From Octopus sinensis (taxonomy: Eukaryota): a stretch of 53,218 bases of DNA. The first letter of the stretch is position 1. Each line of letters begins with the position of its first letter. The stretch spans positions 1 to 53,218 of the forward strand of contig NW_021833929.1 of the NCBI RefSeq assembly GCF_006345805.1. Direction: 5' to 3'. Both the position numbers and the translations under genes were made by a program. The notes below the pieces were generated by a model. That model worked only from the letters and a program-made list of their open reading frames with translations, was not told where the DNA came from and ran no database searches. Of this stretch, positions 50,924 through 53,218 are shown piece by piece.

Positions 50924-51951
50924 CAGCATCTTTATAATCAAAGGCATCGTGAAACCGTGAGCTACCCGATATATTTGCGACAGTCTTGTATTTTAAACTA
51001 CATTACCTAATGCATGCTTCCTTTTAGAAGCGGTTGAGTGCTATATGGAATAACATTCGATTAATATTTCACACAGAGGAATCAGTTATATTGATAACTC
51101 TTCCCTGTTCCCCACTGAAAAGAAGAGAAAAAGGTTGTTGGTATACGTGTGTGATATATTATTTTGATTCATATTTATTGGTATATGTGAATATTGCATA
51201 TCACAGTCTTATAAATGTAGAACATATACAAATATCTGACAGGATATATGAGAAGAAATATATTTTCTTCTGTGAACGACCTTAACTTCTTTATCAATTT
51301 ATATCATGCTTCTGTGCTCAATGTTTATAGCAAGAATGAAAACATATATGGAAAACATACAAAAAGATTTTTCCGGGTTTATTTTCGTACATATGTTTAT
51401 TTAGTTTACAATGTTATTCGGAATGTTCTTCGTATATTATTTTGCACCGGATTGAAAAAGTGGTTGGATTCCCATTTCATATAAATGTCAATTCTGCAGC
51501 TTGAGTGTTCATGCTTGATGAGGTTTAAACGTGTACATACTTATTTTATTTCATTTTATTTTATTATTTTTACCCTTTTTCCCTTAACTTTTTCACAGCC
51601 TGAAGCTAATCATTTCTTTCAGCTTGTATATATTTTCAAATGTGTGTAACGGAAGTAATCAGCCAGCTGACTAAGTCTTAAGATCAATTGTGAATTACAA
51701 GTTGTTTGTAATCAGGCATCTGGTACATCGTTTTTTCAGAGAGTAATAAAATAGATTTCTCTCTGAAGTAGCAATATTTTGGAAACAGCGTATGTTGAGT
51801 GGAATAATCTAGCTCAGTATAGTATACCTTCAGGGCTACAAAATAACTTGGGTTGACTGCTTGAAAATATTTCAGAATAATCATGAAAACACAATCTGCC
51901 GTACACATTGTGTTGAATAATTTAAACACCGCATCTTCAAACTATCACGAA

Positions 51952-52346
51952 CTACCAGTATTGCCCGGCGTTGCTCGGGTTTGTTTCGACCCTTTAGAAT
52001 TGGAATTTTTGATAAGTAAAACTTTTGCATTATGTAGCTTATTATTCTCTTTAAGTGAACATTTTTCTGGTGGAAATACACCGACAAATGGCGACAGAGC
52101 AGTCAAAAAATCGTAAAAAATAGGGATTTTCATAGAAAAAAAAAGCACCTTTTTGATGTAAAATAATTTTTGGTCTTAACATGGTCCGATTTGAAATTTT
52201 TCTTCTACGGAAGGAAGAGCAAGCCTTGTTCTATCATACTTTCAATTTTGGTCAACATGCGCCGCAGGGTCTCGGAGGAGATAGTGTTAGTTGAAGGCTA
52301 CCAAACCTGCTATACACAGGCAACTTCAGCTTTATATATTTATAGA
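51952..52346 (-). mobile_element. Non-autonomous Helitron, third subfamily
   Basis: Same 3' hairpin cccgagcaacgccggg; terminus reads GTAG|T rather than CTAG|T; A|TC at 52346. Confidence 0.72.
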
Positions 52347-52587
52347 TATATTCGGCGTAGAAATGAGCGGATTTGAGTTCGATACAATGGATGAAATGGT
52401 GTTTCAGATTGCTATGCGCTTGCGCATATGCGAGCGCGTGTGCGTGTGCATGTGTAAGCACGTGTGCAAGCACGTGTGCGAGCGCTTGTGCAAGCTTGTG
52501 TGCGTTTGTTTTGGTTGTGGTTTCTCATCGCTTGATGGTGGTGATTCAGATGTGTTACGAACTGAATAAATTTCCCACACCGCCATT

Positions 52588-52779
52588 TGACGAAATGCTT
52601 AACGATATTTCGTAGGCCGCTACGTTCTGAGTTCAAATTCCGCCGCGGTCAGCTTTCCCTTTCATCCTCTCGGGGTCGATAAATTAAGTACCAGTTACGT
52701 ACTGGGGTCGATCTAATCGACTGGTCCCCTCCCCTAAAATTACGGGCCTTGTGTCTAGAGTACAAAAGAAACATGTGTA
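52588..52779 (+). mobile_element. 5'-truncated SINE family A body with alternative tail
   Basis: Family A body up to atcgact, then ggtcccctcccctaaaattacgggccttgtgtctagagtacaaaagaaa. Confidence 0.8.
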
Positions 52780-52804
52780 TGCGATCGAGTATTCCATGGA
52801 TAAA

Positions 52805-52895
52805 GGTCAACTTGCGCCGCAGGGTCTCGGAAGCGATAGTGTTAGTTGAAGGCTACCAAACCTGCCATACACAGACAACTTCAGCTTTATATAGA
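52805..52895 (-). mobile_element. Duplicate of the 5'-terminal about 90 bp of Helitron 51952-52346
   Basis: ggtcaac.tgcgccgcagggtctcgga..gatagtgttagttgaaggctaccaaacctgc..acttcagctttatata matches 52250-52340. Confidence 0.85.
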
Positions 52896-53218
52896 AGTAA
52901 AAACCAGCGTGACAAGACTGCTTCAATTACAGCTTCAGTCTCCCCGACACTAAGTTTTCGTCTAACGATTTCATTCGCAAGTTAAAGTTCAGAAGGAGGG
53001 TATAGACAAATGTTTTCTGTCTGAGATATCACGATGTGTAAGCGAACCAGAGACCTCATGTTTCCGAAGCGATCTACTGAAACATTCGTTTATATTGCAT
53101 CTACATGTGTGTCCGTAAATGTGTATGTGTGTGATTATGTTTGCTGTTTGCGAGTGTGCGTATGTGTGTATGGTTATGTTTTTGTGTGTACGTTTCTGTT
53201 TATTTTAATGCTTACTGA

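Noticed and set aside
51684-51929. 81-aa unique ORF (..VALKVYYTELDYS..) as a host exon
   Set aside because: Length is near chance expectation, no clear splice pair, no family I can recognise with confidence

Overview
Very AT-rich, non-coding eukaryotic DNA made mostly of (TA)n/(TACA)n microsatellites, tRNA-derived SINEs and decayed DNA transposons. The repeat complement looks like a coleoid cephalopod, probably Octopus (inference from remembered SINE families, not checked). I find no supportable host protein-coding exon; almost every ORF in the track is a microsatellite or SINE artefact. The only recognisable coding remnants are three decayed Tc1/mariner transposases, an RTE-clade LINE 3' end (plus a weaker second one) and a Helitron helicase C-terminus. 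Three main SINE families (working labels A, B, C) give about 25 copies, several nested and with TSDs. There are also three non-autonomous Helitrons and a MITE pair. The notable signal: short islands wedged between microsatellites carry type I hammerhead ribozyme (HHR) folds, read by eye. Four have canonical cores (22068-22129 +, 38566-38613 -, 44810-44844 -, 46313-46390 +). One has a compensated G3:C8 core (35556-35603 +), and two related copies have an A6U core (23087-23122 -, 41842-41877 -). Several islands show direct plus inverted partial repeats, as expected of non-autonomous Penelope-like elements or retrozymes. Cleavage activity and novelty are untested. SINE and remnant boundaries are approximate (about +/-10 nt; more for decayed copies).
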